From: Marine group II euryarchaeote REDSEA-S42_B7
Lineage (GTDB): Archaea > Thermoplasmatota > Poseidoniia > Poseidoniales > Thalassarchaeaceae
Assembly (NCBI GenBank): GCA_001629255.1
Contig: LURZ01000032.1
Location: 1 to 59,782 of the forward strand
DNA length: 59,782 bases
Direction: 5' to 3'
Shown: in pieces, positions 57,663 to 59,782 of the stretch
Numbering within the stretch: the first letter of the stretch is position 1
Layout: the number at the start of each line of letters is the position of its first letter
Program-made: the position numbers and the translations under genes
The notes under the pieces: model-generated
What the model was told of the DNA's origin: nothing
Seen by the model: only the letters and a program-made list of their open reading frames with translations
Databases searched by the model: none

Positions 57663-59165
57663 ATGGAAGTACAACAATTGGATGATTACTTTGGATATAC
57701 AGAGAAAGGCAGCTCTCTGGAAGGTGAGATTAGGGCAGGTGTAACCACCTTCCTTACCATGGCATACATACTACTGGTTAACCCAGCAATGCTATCCGTG
57801 GCCGGACTCCCCTTCTCAGACGTGCTTTTCGCGACCGCTCTCGCAGCGTTCGTGGGATGCGTGGTTATGGGACTGTGGGCGAACCTACCTTTCGCCTTAG
57901 CGCCCGGAATGGGACTGAATGCGTATTTCGTGTTCGGGGTCGTACTGGGGATGGGTGTAAGCTGGCAGCTAGCACTGTTCGCGGTCTTTGTAGAGGGACT
58001 CCTATTCCTAGCCATGTCAATGCCACAGATACCAACAATAGGAACATGGAGATCACAGATGATCAACTCCATTCCCACTGATCTCAAGATTGCTACAGGC
58101 GCAGGAATCGGAATGTTCCTCGCAATTATTGGTCTAAGGGAAATGGGGTGGATTCAGGACGATGGGGCAACACTCGTCAACCTGGGCGCAACAGAGTCTT
58201 GGGGCGGAACCATTGGAGAGGTCGGAGTCACAACGGTCACCGACGGTTCCTTTGCACTGTGGGAGCACGGCGCCGTTATCTCAATGGTAGCACTGATTTC
58301 CATTGCCGTCATGATGGCAAGAGGATGGAAGGGTGCTATGATCTACGGTATTGGGCTGGCAACTGTCTGGGGCTGGGCTGTTGGAGCATACGATCCATAC
58401 AACGACTTCTTGGCTGGAGGAGCAGGATGGGGCAGTGCAACAGCAGAACTTCCCGATTCCTGGATAGGAATGCCCGAGTCACCTGATGAGACCCTCATGG
58501 CCGCTTTTGGTAGCGAGGGAATGGGAGCGGCCGGAGACAACATGGCCGACTTCCTGCTTGTGATGATAGCCTTCCTGTTCGTTGACATTTTCGATACCTC
58601 AGGTACACTGTACTCCGTCGGGAGGCAGGCAGGATATGTGGATGAAAACGATGTTCTCCACAACTCGGACGAGGCCTTTGCCTCCGATGCTGCAGCTACT
58701 ATTGTCGGGGCTGTCCTCGGAACAAGCACCACTACGACATATATCGAGTCGGCAGCTGGTGTAGAGGAAGGAGGAAAGACAGGACTAACAGCAGTCGTAG
58801 TGGGCGTACTAATGCTTTCAGGACTATTCTTCACAGACCTGTTCGCCGCAGTACCTCAATTCGCAATGGCCTCCGCTTTGGTGATAATTGGAGCACTGAT
58901 GATGAGGCAGGCTGCTGACATCGATTGGTCGGACAGTGAGATGGCTCTCCCAGCATTCCTTACGATTGTCCTGATGCCGTTCACTTACTCCATCGCAGAT
59001 GGAATTGCATTCGGAGTAATCTCCTACTGCGCCATCAAGATTGGAATGCAGAAGTGGGATCAGCTGAACCCTGTCATGTGGACCCTTTTCGTACTCATGA
59101 CGATGTTCTATATCGGTCCTGGCGACTACAGCACGTTCGGCTGGATATTCAACGAACTACTCTGA
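57663..59165 (+). CDS. NCS2/AzgA-like purine permease
   Basis: EIRAGVTTFLTMAYI..NP, LAPGMGLNAYF, FVDIFDTSGT, YIESAAGV..GG.TGL, MPFTYSIADG; SD TGGTGA before ATG 57663. Confidence 0.93.
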   Translation: MEVQQLDDYFGYTEKGSSLEGEIRAGVTTFLTMAYILLVNPAMLSVAGLPFSDVLFATALAAFVGCVVMGLWANLPFALAPGMGLNAYFVFGVVLGMGVSWQLALFAVFVEGLLFLAMSMPQIPTIGTWRSQMINSIPTDLKIATGAGIGMFLAIIGLREMGWIQDDGATLVNLGATESWGGTIGEVGVTTVTDGSFALWEHGAVISMVALISIAVMMARGWKGAMIYGIGLATVWGWAVGAYDPYNDFLAGGAGWGSATAELPDSWIGMPESPDETLMAAFGSEGMGAAGDNMADFLLVMIAFLFVDIFDTSGTLYSVGRQAGYVDENDVLHNSDEAFASDAAATIVGAVLGTSTTTTYIESAAGVEEGGKTGLTAVVVGVLMLSGLFFTDLFAAVPQFAMASALVIIGALMMRQAADIDWSDSEMALPAFLTIVLMPFTYSIADGIAFGVISYCAIKIGMQKWDQLNPVMWTLFVLMTMFYIGPGDYSTFGWIFNELL

Positions 59166-59179
59166 TTTAGTAACGTAAC

Positions 59180-59211
59180 GGGACCGGGGGGTCACTGGCC
59201 CCTCCGGTTCC
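59180..59211 (+). promoter_or_regulatory. GC-rich intergenic stem-loop
   Basis: GGGACCGGGGGGTC / GGCCCCTCCGGTTCC pair about 14 bp including G-U pairs and one bulge; no U-tract follows. Confidence 0.45.
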
Positions 59212-59223
59212 CTAACGGAGTCA

Positions 59224-59769
59224 ATGGCCATGGACGAGTTACTTTCCCGGATTGCCGATTCGGTACGTACTGTCCCGAACTTTCCCATAGAAGGGGTTAT
59301 GTTCAGGGATATCACACCGATTCTGAGCGAACCGGGTCTGGCTTCTTCCATCACCGATCGGTTCGTAACGGACCTCCATCAACTCGGATGGGAACCCGAT
59401 TTGGTCGTTGGTCCCGAGGCTCGAGGTTTCATTTTTGGCCCACTTATCGCAGATCGCCTAGGCTGCGGTTTCGTTCCTGTACGGAAGCCGGGGAAACTGC
59501 CATCTTCCACAAGGCGAGTAGAGTACTCTCTTGAGTACGGCTCAAATGCACTTGAAATTCACGAGGATGCACTAAAGCTAGGCCAAAGAGTCGTCATCAT
59601 CGACGACCTCCTAGCCACTGGAGGTACAATTTCTGCATGCACCAGATTGTGTGAGGAACTCGGGGCGGAGGTTCTAGGAGCCCTGTTCCTGATCGAACTC
59701 GAAGGTTTAGGCGCTAGGGAGGCAATAGAACCCGTGAAGGCCCATGCACTACTCTCATACCCGGCATAA
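59224..59769 (+). CDS. apt: adenine phosphoribosyltransferase
   Basis: PNFPIEGVMFRDITP, EARGF, VRKPGKLP, YSLEYG, IIDDLLATGGT PRPP motif. Confidence 0.96.
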   Translation: MAMDELLSRIADSVRTVPNFPIEGVMFRDITPILSEPGLASSITDRFVTDLHQLGWEPDLVVGPEARGFIFGPLIADRLGCGFVPVRKPGKLPSSTRRVEYSLEYGSNALEIHEDALKLGQRVVIIDDLLATGGTISACTRLCEELGAEVLGALFLIELEGLGAREAIEPVKAHALLSYPA

Positions 59770-59782
59770 GTTGAACCAACAC

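Noticed and set aside
1-59782. CRISPR array, rRNA or recognisable defence system
   Set aside because: The window is almost fully coding, no intergenic gap exceeds about 260 bp, and no regularly spaced repeats or cas/RM motifs were seen.

Overview
Core-genome segment of a marine Thermoplasmatota archaeon, most likely Marine Group II / Ca. Poseidoniales. This is inferred from archaeal TFB, topoisomerase VI, RpoP, Dph5, prefoldin, eL20 and GGGP synthase occurring together with bacterial-type Icd, UvrA, NrdJ and a PlsC-like acyltransferase. About 54 CDS and two tRNAs (Arg-CCT, Asp-GTC) are supported; no CRISPR, rRNA, transposase or integrase was seen. Best leads: (1) a candidate replication origin at 56.0-56.2 kb, with inverted ORB-like G-string repeats around an AT-rich core, no adjacent cdc6, and a gene-orientation flip; (2) an APS kinase fused to a small HxGH nucleotidyltransferase next to CysQ, a candidate minimal PAPS synthase inserted in the eL20-pfdA-ftsY cluster; (3) a ~1750-aa surface protein with an integrin-alpha-like layout, with a vWA/MIDAS domain inserted in a 7-repeat propeller followed by an Ig-like stalk and a TM anchor; (4) a ferredoxin/degenerate geranylgeranyl-reductase-like/GGGPS operon; (5) several apparent pseudo-enzymes and structured leaders. 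All calls come from manual motif recognition; no searches were run. Several starts were moved from the ORF track to downstream codons.
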